DNA of 64,000 nucleotides from a virus (Duplodnaviria; Caudoviricetes): IMG/VR virus record IMGVR_UViG_3300042288_001626; one strand, 5' to 3'. Shown piece by piece: positions 54,006 to 62,721 of this stretch (position 1 is its first letter; each line of letters starts with the position of its first letter). The notes under the pieces were generated by a model. It saw only the letters and a program-made list of their open reading frames with translations, ran no database searches and was not told where the DNA came from. The position numbers and the translations under genes were made by a program.

Positions 54006-55094
54006 TTAGACTAATTCTGCCGCTTTAAATTCATCCAAAACAGCTTTAGGGTCATGTGACGTCAGCAGCTTATAAGCAGTGTCATATACCAGTTTTTCAT
54101 AAGGTATGCCTACTGTAAGTTCTCGTAGAACACTACCGAATCTATCTGCTGTTTTTAATTCAGATCGAATATTTATCAGCTCCTCTCTACCCTCCTCGTC
54201 TTTTTTAACTTTGGTAATTTTTACAAAACCTAATTCGTATAGGAAATTAAGTTTGTTGCCTATCTGAACATCTCCGTAGATCTTTACTAAAAATACAGGG
54301 CGCTTTCCTTGTCCTTGGTAACGCTTGAAAAGCTCTGGAGTCAACTTATCCAAATCCTCGTCAGCGACATCAACAGTGACATATTCTCGAGGCAGTTTGT
54401 AGGGAATGCAAGTAAGAGCAGCTCCATCATAATAGTACAGACCGTCTTTTTTTGTTTCGTTGCCTGCCGTTACACCAAGGCTTCCGCAGTAACCAACAAA
54501 CAGCTCCTTCTGACAGTTTATATCGTAGTACTGCATTGTTCTACGAATATGGATATCGCCTAGCAGAATTCCCTCAAGGCTGCGACACTGATTACCGAAC
54601 TCGAGTTCCTTCAGGCTTATTTTCTTTTTATCTTCACAGAAGGGCCACAACTCAGGAATTTGCTGATGCATGAATATCCAGTGCACACTGTTCGTGTCCC
54701 GTTTGTTGAGCTCATGATTCACCAAAGCTACAATGTCCGCAGGATTATCACTATAGTCTACCCCTACAAACTGAGGTACACTGTTTATGCTGTCAAACCC
54801 ACACACAGTCTCCCAAGTAGCTCCATTTACAGGCTTGCTATGATCGCCAGCCAGTGCAACAGGAGTCACACTATGTTTTTTAAGCTTATTGATCTGCTCT
54901 GTTACGAAGCTGATTGTATCGCTGCTCGGCTTATTATGGTCGAACAAATCACCCACACTAACCAGGTAGTCAACTTTGTACTCAATTGCAGTGGCTACAG
55001 CCAGTTTGAATAAATCTCGATTATCTTGCTCGAGCTCTGGAATGTTGTACAGTTTACTCTCGAGGTGTTGGTCGCTAAATGCTATGAACTTCAT
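54006..55094 (-). CDS. sbcD: SbcD/Mre11/gp47-like nuclease
   Basis: SDQHL, GDLFD, GDH, MHQ, GDIH, YCGS. Confidence 0.88.
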   Translation of the reverse strand: MKFIAFSDQHLESKLYNIPELEQDNRDLFKLAVATAIEYKVDYLVSVGDLFDHNKPSSDTISFVTEQINKLKKHSVTPVALAGDHSKPVNGATWETVCGFDSINSVPQFVGVDYSDNPADIVALVNHELNKRDTNSVHWIFMHQQIPELWPFCEDKKKISLKELEFGNQCRSLEGILLGDIHIRRTMQYYDINCQKELFVGYCGSLGVTAGNETKKDGLYYYDGAALTCIPYKLPREYVTVDVADEDLDKLTPELFKRYQGQGKRPVFLVKIYGDVQIGNKLNFLYELGFVKITKVKKDEEGREELINIRSELKTADRFGSVLRELTVGIPYEKLVYDTAYKLLTSHDPKAVLDEFKAAELV

Positions 55095-55106
55095 TTTATT
55101 TTGACT

Positions 55107-55649
55107 CTATGTTCCGCGAACGATGTTTCCTTGTTCTTTGATTTTCCAGTCAGCCACCGCAGTCATCACATTCTTGCCTAGTCTAGGACTAGCTAATTTC
55201 AACATACGCAGGTTTGGCCAGGCAATCTTGCGCACAGCTAAAACCTTCTGTAAGGCTTCTTCGACAGAGAATCCTTGCATTACCCAGGCGATTATAGCTA
55301 TCGCAGAACTGCGAGCTATCCCAGCAAAACAGTTAACACCCAGATTATGATATGCAGGGCTAGCGACAAAGGGATCCAAGAAACTAATGATGTTGTTGAT
55401 GTGCTGTTCTCGAGGCCCCTGCTCTTCGATATTACTCTTAATAAATGGTTCTTCGTCTTCATCACTCCAATCTCTAAAATACTGCGCAAAATGGGATATG
55501 CCCTTACGCTGTAATCTTTGACCTAGTCTGAAAACCCTAGGCTTATCCTCAGGATCGACAGCACTAATCCATACATCCTGCAAAATAGTAGTTTTGTATG
55601 GTAAATCTGTTGCTTTGTTTAAATCAGTAATAACTATAGAAGCTATCAT
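55107..55649 (-). CDS. protein-tyrosine/dual-specificity phosphatase-like protein
   Basis: CX5R loop NCFAGIARSSA; WISAVD; PN.RM. Confidence 0.8.
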   Translation of the reverse strand: MIASIVITDLNKATDLPYKTTILQDVWISAVDPEDKPRVFRLGQRLQRKGISHFAQYFRDWSDEDEEPFIKSNIEEQGPREQHINNIISFLDPFVASPAYHNLGVNCFAGIARSSAIAIIAWVMQGFSVEEALQKVLAVRKIAWPNLRMLKLASPRLGKNVMTAVADWKIKEQGNIVRGT

Positions 55650-55993
55650 AGTATCAATTTTCTGTGTTCTTCCTTCACTTCCTCTACTTTATTCATTTGG
55701 CTGTTTGATGGTATGTGCGAAGTAAGTATATCGTATACTTGACTAGGAATGCTGATGGTCTCTCCGTCTTCAATAAAGAGAAACCCTTCATTAACTTTAG
55801 AAAGAACTGCCTCCTCAAAGTCCTCGTCGGCTTCTTGAAGAAACTCGTATACTTTCAACAACTCACGAGTCATTTTTTTCCCTGTACTCATATACAGGTA
55901 ATACTGCTCATTTATAGAGAACAGCTCTAAGATACAAAACTCAGTTGCTCGTGGTTTCTTTTTAGAGAGTAACTCTGTTTTAATTCTTTCCAT
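55646..55993 (-). CDS. hypothetical protein
   Basis: 115-aa ORF starting right after terminator. Confidence 0.5.
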   Translation of the reverse strand: MERIKTELLSKKKPRATEFCILELFSINEQYYLYMSTGKKMTRELLKVYEFLQEADEDFEEAVLSKVNEGFLFIEDGETISIPSQVYDILTSHIPSNSQMNKVEEVKEEHRKLIL

Positions 55994-56035
55994 AAAATAA
56001 AAAGCCCCTGCAAGTGGGGGGAGCTTGCAGAGGCT
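55994..56035 (-). terminator. intrinsic terminator ending the AAA module
   Basis: AGCCTCTGCAAG/CTTGCAGGGGCT stem then TTTTATTTT-ATG. Confidence 0.7.
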
Positions 56036-56046
56036 GTTGGGAGTAC

Positions 56047-56310
56047 TCAGCTTGCGGCTAGGGCAAACTGATCCTCAATTTTTCTATTCAAGTATTCTCT
56101 TTCAGCATCTATAACGAGTCCTCGGACAAGATTGGAGGCAATTACGTTACCTTCAAGATCTGTGGCTACCCACAGTTGCTGATCGTGATCAAACTCTACA
56201 TTAGATACACGAGTCACCTGTTTTGCGCCGAGGGTGTTCAATCTATCTACCAGATCATTAGCAAGACACTGAACATTTCCTTCTCTATCAATATAGATGG
56301 TTGCGTTCAT
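56047..56310 (-). CDS. conserved small protein of the Ycf46/DUF1257/DUF2997 module
   Basis: I...G.V.CL..D.....LG...V.R.S.VE.....W...D......R...I.AE..YL pattern. Confidence 0.6.
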   Translation of the reverse strand: MNATIYIDREGNVQCLANDLVDRLNTLGAKQVTRVSNVEFDHDQQLWVATDLEGNVIASNLVRGLVIDAEREYLNRKIEDQFALAAS

Positions 56311-56510
56311 CGCTGCTCTAGATGCTCATCAATTTCCAGAGAAATAGGCTCCTCGTATTCTTCTGTCATTCTACGCGTACTTTCGTCCGCAAGACCCAGA
56401 GACTTTTCAATAAACTTTGTAGCCTCTAGACAAGAGGAGCCGTACCCTTCAACTTTATCAATCAACACATCTCCATTTTTGCTTATCTTAAATATAATTT
56501 GTTTAGACAT
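56307..56510 (-). CDS. DUF2997 family protein
   Basis: I.F.I...G.V.....EG..G.SC..AT..IE..LG......T.EY. Confidence 0.8.
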   Translation of the reverse strand: MSKQIIFKISKNGDVLIDKVEGYGSSCLEATKFIEKSLGLADESTRRMTEEYEEPISLEIDEHLEQR

Positions 56511-56814
56511 AAATCATCGAATTTCTCAAGAATTTACCGTTCTTGTCATACTTGAATTTAATTCTTACGGTGTGTTTCTTTTCCATAGGGCAACTCACCA
56601 CATAGGTAACAGTCGCTTGTGCAGTGTCGGGGGAGTCTGCGTCATCGACTGGCTTGATGTGATGATAAGGAATATGCACCTCGCATGGAGTATTTTTTTC
56701 TCCTGGAGGGGTCGCAGATTCCTTGGTCAAAATATCTTTAATTGACCTAGCCAACTTTGATTTAATTAATTCGAATTCTTTATGTTCAATTTCCATAGTT
56801 TTACTTTTCTGCAA
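56503..56814 (-). CDS. hypothetical protein
   Basis: 103-aa ORF inserted within module. Confidence 0.5.
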   Translation of the reverse strand: MQKSKTMEIEHKEFELIKSKLARSIKDILTKESATPPGEKNTPCEVHIPYHHIKPVDDADSPDTAQATVTYVVSCPMEKKHTVRIKFKYDKNGKFLRNSMIYV

Positions 56815-57190
56815 TTACAACCAACTCACCTGTAGCCAATTCCTCAACCTTATAAGTAAGATCTTCGTCATACATAAACTTCTTGAGTTCTGTAAGTGCG
56901 TAGTTCTGTTTAATCTTTTGCATTTTTGGTCCAAGCTGCTTTTCTATGCTGCTATCAAAGAAATCGCAAACGAAAAACGCATTACCTGCCTGGTCTACAT
57001 TTATACCTACATCGAACCCAGAAGCCTTGGGGTTCAATGCAACATACTGATGCACATCCTCCTTTCTTGGGTCTGAGTGATATGTCCGACACTTGCTGTT
57101 TTGTACAATCTTCCATCCCAGCGACTCAAACTGAGACAGTAAGTTTGTAATGTTTTTAAACTGTGTTGTTATGTTTACAGCGTGACTCAT
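56801..57190 (-). CDS. DUF1257 family protein
   Basis: MSH.V.I.T.......L...LG, D.G, Q.YA......G; start moved to ATG 57190. Confidence 0.75.
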   Translation of the reverse strand: MSHAVNITTQFKNITNLLSQFESLGWKIVQNSKCRTYHSDPRKEDVHQYVALNPKASGFDVGINVDQAGNAFFVCDFFDSSIEKQLGPKMQKIKQNYALTELKKFMYDEDLTYKVEELATGELVVIAEK

Positions 57191-57483
57191 GATATTTGGA
57201 TTTTTTCGTACGTGCCTGCCTTCTGGAGCCACAGCTCCACAATTTCTTTTGTATCAAACGTTTCTTCGATGACTTTGAAGAAATCCTTGAAAGATAATTT
57301 CAGCGACTCTTCTCCGTCATCTTTTAATGTAACGAGACTTACAGAATTCTTATCAATATCCATAACGTCTCCATTAGCTACCTCACAGTAAGGCAGATAA
57401 AGTTCGTGGTTATCGCCCCTAAATTTGACATTAAGCATGTCATACATAGGAGGGTCAATCATGTCGTTATCTTCGCTATACAT
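57187..57483 (-). CDS. acidic hypothetical protein
   Basis: 98-aa coupled ORF. Confidence 0.5.
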   Translation of the reverse strand: MYSEDNDMIDPPMYDMLNVKFRGDNHELYLPYCEVANGDVMDIDKNSVSLVTLKDDGEESLKLSFKDFFKVIEETFDTKEIVELWLQKAGTYEKIQIS

Positions 57484-57485
57484 AA

Positions 57486-58487
57486 CTATACACTCAATTT
57501 ACGGAAATACTCGCCAGCGACGTTAGCTACATCTGAGGTGTCCTCGGCAGCTTTCACAACATTACTAAGATGTGTCTTAAGCAGAGAGATGGCGTCTTTG
57601 TTTCCTTCGAAGTCATGCTTACCGTTAAGGAGATTTTCAAGCTTACTCAGCTCAGCCTCCACAGACTTGTCATCTGCAAAGTTTGCAGACCTGAACTCCT
57701 CTATCTGCCTGTATATTGATCTGATACTTGCTTCGGAGACCAGCTCTTTTTTGGTAATCTTGTTGAGAACAACACTAAAGTGCTCGGCAATCTTGCCACG
57801 CACAGTCTGCGTAACCTCATCCATGAATTGGCTAAGCTTAGAGGAATGCACCTCTAGCTGTTGCGCATACTCCTGGCGGTACTTCGCAGCAGCCTGCTGC
57901 TTTGCTTCGGCATGATCTTCTTCACGACGAATCTCATCCTGCAGGTTCAGCTCATTAAACTCAGTAGGCAGAGCTATCTCGTAAGAGACAATATCGAAAC
58001 AGAATTTTTTCGCAATCTTTTCGAGAGGGGGATAATAAGAACTCAAGTCATCCACACTCACAGTGTCTTTATGGGCGTTATAGTACTCAATAACTTCTCG
58101 CTTATAGTCTTCGTACTTTAAAACAAACTCGTCTACCATAGCCAGGTAACCGGCACGGAGCTCGTTTAACTTCTTATACACTTCAATAAACTTTGTCTTT
58201 GGTACGAAGTGAGCTTGAGCAGCCAGCGGAAATGCGAACGAATTTTCGTAGAGGTATTTCCTAGCCTTCTGCTCATAATTCTTGAACTTGTTGAAGACTG
58301 AAGGCTTGATCAACATTTTCTTGCCCAGTTTAATAGTCTCTGGGAGTTGCTTATCTAATTTGATGTCTCCTTCAGTCAAGTTATAGGACATTCCCCACAT
58401 ACCGACATGCAGGTTTATAAGTTTCCCATCTTGGAAAACCTTGTTGTAGTGCTGTTGCAGTGTGGATGACAGTTTGTAATCGGACAT
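57486..58487 (-). CDS. DUF3150-like helical protein
   Basis: L.V..W...L...D......LG.K.LI, ARK.L..SF.FP, FVP, YP...I..KF.F; large coiled-coil C-terminus. Confidence 0.6.
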   Translation of the reverse strand: MSDYKLSSTLQQHYNKVFQDGKLINLHVGMWGMSYNLTEGDIKLDKQLPETIKLGKKMLIKPSVFNKFKNYEQKARKYLYENSFAFPLAAQAHFVPKTKFIEVYKKLNELRAGYLAMVDEFVLKYEDYKREVIEYYNAHKDTVSVDDLSSYYPPLEKIAKKFCFDIVSYEIALPTEFNELNLQDEIRREEDHAEAKQQAAAKYRQEYAQQLEVHSSKLSQFMDEVTQTVRGKIAEHFSVVLNKITKKELVSEASIRSIYRQIEEFRSANFADDKSVEAELSKLENLLNGKHDFEGNKDAISLLKTHLSNVVKAAEDTSDVANVAGEYFRKLSV

Positions 58488-58509
58488 ATTTATTATTGGT
58501 TGGTGTTTG

Positions 58510-60096
58510 TTAGATGTCTTCGTTGCTGATGGCGATAGATAACTTTCTCATGTTTTTTTGTACATCTGCTACAGGGTCTCCTTGGGAAGAAACCATGACT
58601 AGCTTGCCTTGTGCCTGTCTGCGCATGATTTTCAAATCTTCTTCATGGCTCGTAGCGAACGGAATAAACTCAGCCAATACTTCAAGCACGTGAGTATCTG
58701 CTACTTCTTCACCAACATCAAACGCTTTATACAGCGCATCTTTAAAAACTTCTTCAATCTCAGCACCAGTAAAATTATCTGAACCAGTCACCAGAGTCTT
58801 TATGCTGAAATCTTTTGGATTTCTTCCGTATTTCTTAATTACTACATTGAAGATTTCTTTGCGCTCCTCAGCGTTAGGTAAATCTACCCAGAACAACTGG
58901 TCAAAACGACCTTTACGGATCAGGGCGGCAGGAAGCAGAGTATGGTTGTTCGTCGTAGCTACAATGAATGCAGGGTTATTGCGGTCATTCAGCCAAGTCA
59001 GGAACGTACCGAAGATACGGCTGCTTACCCCACTGTCTCCTCCGCCGGAAACAGCATTGTTACTTAGAGACTTTTCAATCTCGTCAATAAGAATAACACA
59101 CTTACCTATAGACTCTACGGTTTTGATAACCTCCCGCATGTTCTTTTCGCTATTACCCACAAGCGAATCAAAAACACTACCTACATCAAGAGAGAACAAA
59201 GGGCAGTCAAACTCTCGAGCGATAGCCTTGCAAATAAGGCTTTTGCCTGTGCCTGGAACACTTGCAAGAAGCATACCTTTAGGCATAGGAAGTTTGTAGT
59301 CTCTGGCAGACTTGGAGTATGCGTTTTTCCTGGCGGTCAACCACTTCTTCAGTCCGGACATGCCGCCAACATTATCAAACGAAATGTTGGGTTCCATATA
59401 AGTAAGCAGACCGTTCTTTTTAAGCTGACTTATTTTTTCTTGAAAGACCGCCTCTACAAACCTCTGATTAAAGGCTTTTGCGCTGATGTAGGCCATAGCA
59501 AAAGCGTTCTCAACCTCGATGTTAGTCATACCTTTCGCTGCTTCAACAGAAGCCTCGACAATACCTGTAGAGATTTCGATCAGCGGCTGATTGCTTTCTG
59601 CCAACTCCTTATTGATTGAGTTTTTGATAAACATCAAGCGCTCTTCAATAGAGGCGGAATCAGGTAGAGTATAGTCAAGCAATTGAATTTCCTTAACAAG
59701 CTCTCCTGGTACAGCAAACTTATGCCCTACGAAAATAATCATGTTACGAAGCCTTTTAAGCTTGTTCCATGCATTCCTGAGCAAGCGGATGTTAATTACC
59801 TTGTCGAAGTGCAGATGAAAGTCGCGCAGAACAAAAATGTTGTTTGCGTGCTTGTACTTCTGAATATACTCTAAAAGATTTACCGTTTGCCTTGTTTCTT
59901 CTGGATGGGCGAGCTGATTTTCACCTGCTCTGCACACCAGTCCTTCCTGAGCATCCCATTCATGGATTGTGATTCCTGGCTCTCTCTCCCTCAGGGTCAG
60001 CAGATCTCTTGAAAACCTTGTTTCTTCGTGGGTGAGCACAAATAGACCAGGGTAACAGGCTTTGTGGTAGTTGTGTATTTTAGTCGTGAAGTCCAT
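58510..60096 (-). CDS. Ycf46-like AAA+ ATPase (inactive N-terminal AAA + active AAA)
   Basis: LRDFH N-domain, VGGM.GLK.WL, SVPGTGKS, IDEIEK, ATTN, RKGRFD, FTGAEIE. Confidence 0.88.
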   Translation of the reverse strand: MDFTTKIHNYHKACYPGLFVLTHEETRFSRDLLTLREREPGITIHEWDAQEGLVCRAGENQLAHPEETRQTVNLLEYIQKYKHANNIFVLRDFHLHFDKVINIRLLRNAWNKLKRLRNMIIFVGHKFAVPGELVKEIQLLDYTLPDSASIEERLMFIKNSINKELAESNQPLIEISTGIVEASVEAAKGMTNIEVENAFAMAYISAKAFNQRFVEAVFQEKISQLKKNGLLTYMEPNISFDNVGGMSGLKKWLTARKNAYSKSARDYKLPMPKGMLLASVPGTGKSLICKAIAREFDCPLFSLDVGSVFDSLVGNSEKNMREVIKTVESIGKCVILIDEIEKSLSNNAVSGGGDSGVSSRIFGTFLTWLNDRNNPAFIVATTNNHTLLPAALIRKGRFDQLFWVDLPNAEERKEIFNVVIKKYGRNPKDFSIKTLVTGSDNFTGAEIEEVFKDALYKAFDVGEEVADTHVLEVLAEFIPFATSHEEDLKIMRRQAQGKLVMVSSQGDPVADVQKNMRKLSIAISNEDI

Positions 60097-60712
60097 GCGA
60101 TGATATGGGTGTAACTATGAAGTTATTTTTCTTTACTTGCTTGTTAATCTCGGTGTCTTTTACGTTAAAAAACCCGAGCATGTCTGACATCATTGCACAG
60201 CGCAACGAAGTCCCGGTCCTGTTGGCCCGGCTACGGTAATATTGCACCTCAGAAGGATGCATATTTTTTTCAATCCAAGAAGCAGCTATCTGAAGAGGGT
60301 GTTCTTCAGCAATAGGCTGTACTGCTGGATGGACTGTTGTTATATCAGTAGAAGCCGATATTGGTCTTCTTGTTACAGTAACTGGTTCCTTTAAGCTCTC
60401 GTGAGACTTTATAACGGCAGCTAGCGTTGTCTTATTCTTTGACCCTTTCGGTCTGCCTCTTTTTTTAGCCTCTGCAACAGGTTGTGCAGCGGCTAGCTCT
60501 GGTTGCACATAAACCTTATTCTTTGACCCTTTCGGTCTGCCTCTTTTTTTAGCTATAGGAGCAGGCTCAGGGGATACTGGAGCTGTATCGGTTTTGGGTT
60601 TGTTTTTAGATCCTTTTGGGCGTCCTCTTTTCTTAACAGGGATACAAGCAGAACTACTCGACGTTGTCTGGGTCTTCTTCTTGTAGCTCCCTTTTCCTAA
60701 TTTTTCTCTCAT
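60080..60712 (-). CDS. AT-hook (HMGA-like) DNA-binding protein
   Basis: Three KKRGRPKGSKNK motifs. Confidence 0.8.
   Translation of the reverse strand: MREKLGKGSYKKKTQTTSSSSACIPVKKRGRPKGSKNKPKTDTAPVSPEPAPIAKKRGRPKGSKNKVYVQPELAAAQPVAEAKKRGRPKGSKNKTTLAAVIKSHESLKEPVTVTRRPISASTDITTVHPAVQPIAEEHPLQIAASWIEKNMHPSEVQYYRSRANRTGTSLRCAMMSDMLGFFNVKDTEINKQVKKNNFIVTPISSHGLHD
60431..60553. repeat. 39-bp perfect direct repeat (60431-60469 and 60515-60553) encoding AT-hooks 2 and 3
   Basis: cttattctttgaccctttcggtctgcctctttttttagc occurs twice. Confidence 0.9.
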
Positions 60713-61002
60713 GAGATTTTGCTACGTCGGTATAGTACTTATTTTCAAGTTTTACTCTCTCAATACGTTTATACTGATTGCGTCTATCTCTGGTCTGATA
60801 TTTTCTTATGGTTCTACTCATAATACCTTCAAGTATAGCATACTCGTTAGTATTTGTAGACCCTATAATATTTTTTATTCTTGCCAGAGGATTTTTTTCC
60901 TATGATACTGGTGAATATAGACAGTGAAGCGTCCACGAACCTGAACAGGTCGGAGACTTGGCTGGTTGATTTTTTTCTTTCTTTTGCTTTTTTACTGCTG
61001 TT

Positions 61003-62721
61003 ATGACCCATGATGAAATTAAACATACTGTAGAATTGCTGATGCATAGGAACAACGCAAAGTCACTGTTCCTAGGGCGTCAGCTTGCCTTCTCGGTACT
61101 TCCTCCCTCCTACTTTATCGAAAATTATCTTTACGACAACGAAGGTAGATTGCAGTCATTGGAAGCTTTCCCGATGCTGAAGCAGATATATGACAATGTG
61201 CCTCAGAAAATGATCTTGAAGTGTAGTCGTAAAACTCTAAAGTCTACTTTATTGTCTAATTTTATATGTCTAAATTTGATAAGGTTTAATTATTATAAGA
61301 TGATGTATGTCGGACCTCAGGAGCTGACAACTAAGTATTTTTCTAGTAATTATATTCCTCCGAGGTTTGAAAGCCCTAAAGTTAAAAATCTTTTATTAAA
61401 AGGATGGTTTAAGAATGATGTATTTGAAAAAATATTAGATGATACACATAGTAGTGTGTTGTTTAGATATTGTAGCGATGATGCCACCAGAACTCGTGGC
61501 CCGGCTATTGATTGTGTCGTGTATGATGAAGTACAAGATATACAGCACGACCAGATACCTATTATTCAAGAAACTATGGCAATGTCTCCATACAAACGGG
61601 AGATATTTGCAGGTACTCCGCTAGACTCAACCAATACAATTCATAAAATCTGGAAAACCAGCAATCAGCTGGAATGGATGATGAAGTGCGAATACTGCAC
61701 ACATTGGAACTCACTCACCGAAGGGAACGACCCCCTGAAAATGATTCAGCCTCACGGGTTTAGTTGCAGCAAATGCTGTAAACAGTTAAACTCCAGGAAT
61801 GGGGAATGGGTTGCTACAAATCCCGTAAAAGCTTTGCTTACAGGCTATCATCTAGCGCAGCCTATATTGCCTCATTTTAACGAAGACCCTAAAGAGTGGA
61901 AAGAAATATACGAAAAAGTGCATAGCGGCAAGAACGAGGTTCGAGTTGTTATGAATGAAACTTTCGGATTATCATACGACATAGGAAGTAAACCTATAAC
62001 TCAGGAAGAACTCATACGTCTATGTACACTAGGCCCACAATCAGGGTCGGTAGACGAACACAGAGACCTTCCGATATTAGCTACCAGCCAACACAGATAC
62101 ATCAAATACACAATGGGGGTAGATTGGGGTGTAAGCATGGCACAGTCTAGAACAGTGGCTACCTTGATTGGTGTGCGTAATGATGGTGTATTGGAAGTGA
62201 TCATGGCTAAAATATTCAGAGGGCATGATCATGAGGCGCATATACGACAGATAGCAGATATAGCCAATATGGTTGGAGCTTTCTGTGTGAGTGACAGTGG
62301 GCCTGATCCAATTCGTGGAATCAAACTATGCGAGCTTACCAGTCCTCAAAGGTCTCAGTTGGCTGCATATAGAAGAACTAAAATGATTCAACATTTTGAG
62401 CCTGGAGTATATGATTGGAGACAAAACCGTTGGGTTCTTCATAGGTCTGACGTAATATCGCTAGTTATGAGGCAGCTAAAAGCAGGAAACATCCTATTCC
62501 CTCAATGGACTGATGTGAACGAGTACATGCAGGACATACTAAACATATTCATTGAGGTAAAAGACGGACTGTTTGGTCAGGAACTGATTTACGACCACCA
62601 CCCAAAACAGCCAGACGACGCCATGCACAGTCTTGTGTTTGCTGCTTGTGCCGCCTACATGGCTGTAGGCGACGCCGGGTTGCTGGGACCTAGCTCAACA
62701 GCAGGTGAAGACATGAGCTAA
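61003..62721 (+). CDS. terL: terminase large subunit (gpA-like ATPase + Zn ribbon + RNase H nuclease)
   Basis: LKCSRKTLKST Walker A variant, YVGP, VYDEVQD Walker B, AGTP, CEYC...CSKC, GVDWG, PDDAMH. Confidence 0.85.
   Translation: MTHDEIKHTVELLMHRNNAKSLFLGRQLAFSVLPPSYFIENYLYDNEGRLQSLEAFPMLKQIYDNVPQKMILKCSRKTLKSTLLSNFICLNLIRFNYYKMMYVGPQELTTKYFSSNYIPPRFESPKVKNLLLKGWFKNDVFEKILDDTHSSVLFRYCSDDATRTRGPAIDCVVYDEVQDIQHDQIPIIQETMAMSPYKREIFAGTPLDSTNTIHKIWKTSNQLEWMMKCEYCTHWNSLTEGNDPLKMIQPHGFSCSKCCKQLNSRNGEWVATNPVKALLTGYHLAQPILPHFNEDPKEWKEIYEKVHSGKNEVRVVMNETFGLSYDIGSKPITQEELIRLCTLGPQSGSVDEHRDLPILATSQHRYIKYTMGVDWGVSMAQSRTVATLIGVRNDGVLEVIMAKIFRGHDHEAHIRQIADIANMVGAFCVSDSGPDPIRGIKLCELTSPQRSQLAAYRRTKMIQHFEPGVYDWRQNRWVLHRSDVISLVMRQLKAGNILFPQWTDVNEYMQDILNIFIEVKDGLFGQELIYDHHPKQPDDAMHSLVFAACAAYMAVGDAGLLGPSSTAGEDMS

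Noticed and set aside
60847-61047. 66-aa minus-strand ORF upstream of terminase
   Set aside because: Overlaps the terL start head-to-head and is low-complexity Lys/Ser; cannot be supported.
36274-62721. Inteins, group I introns or homing endonucleases in polA, dnaB, recA or terL
   Set aside because: Proteins have ordinary lengths with contiguous motifs; no LAGLIDADG/HNH or intein C..HN signatures noticed.
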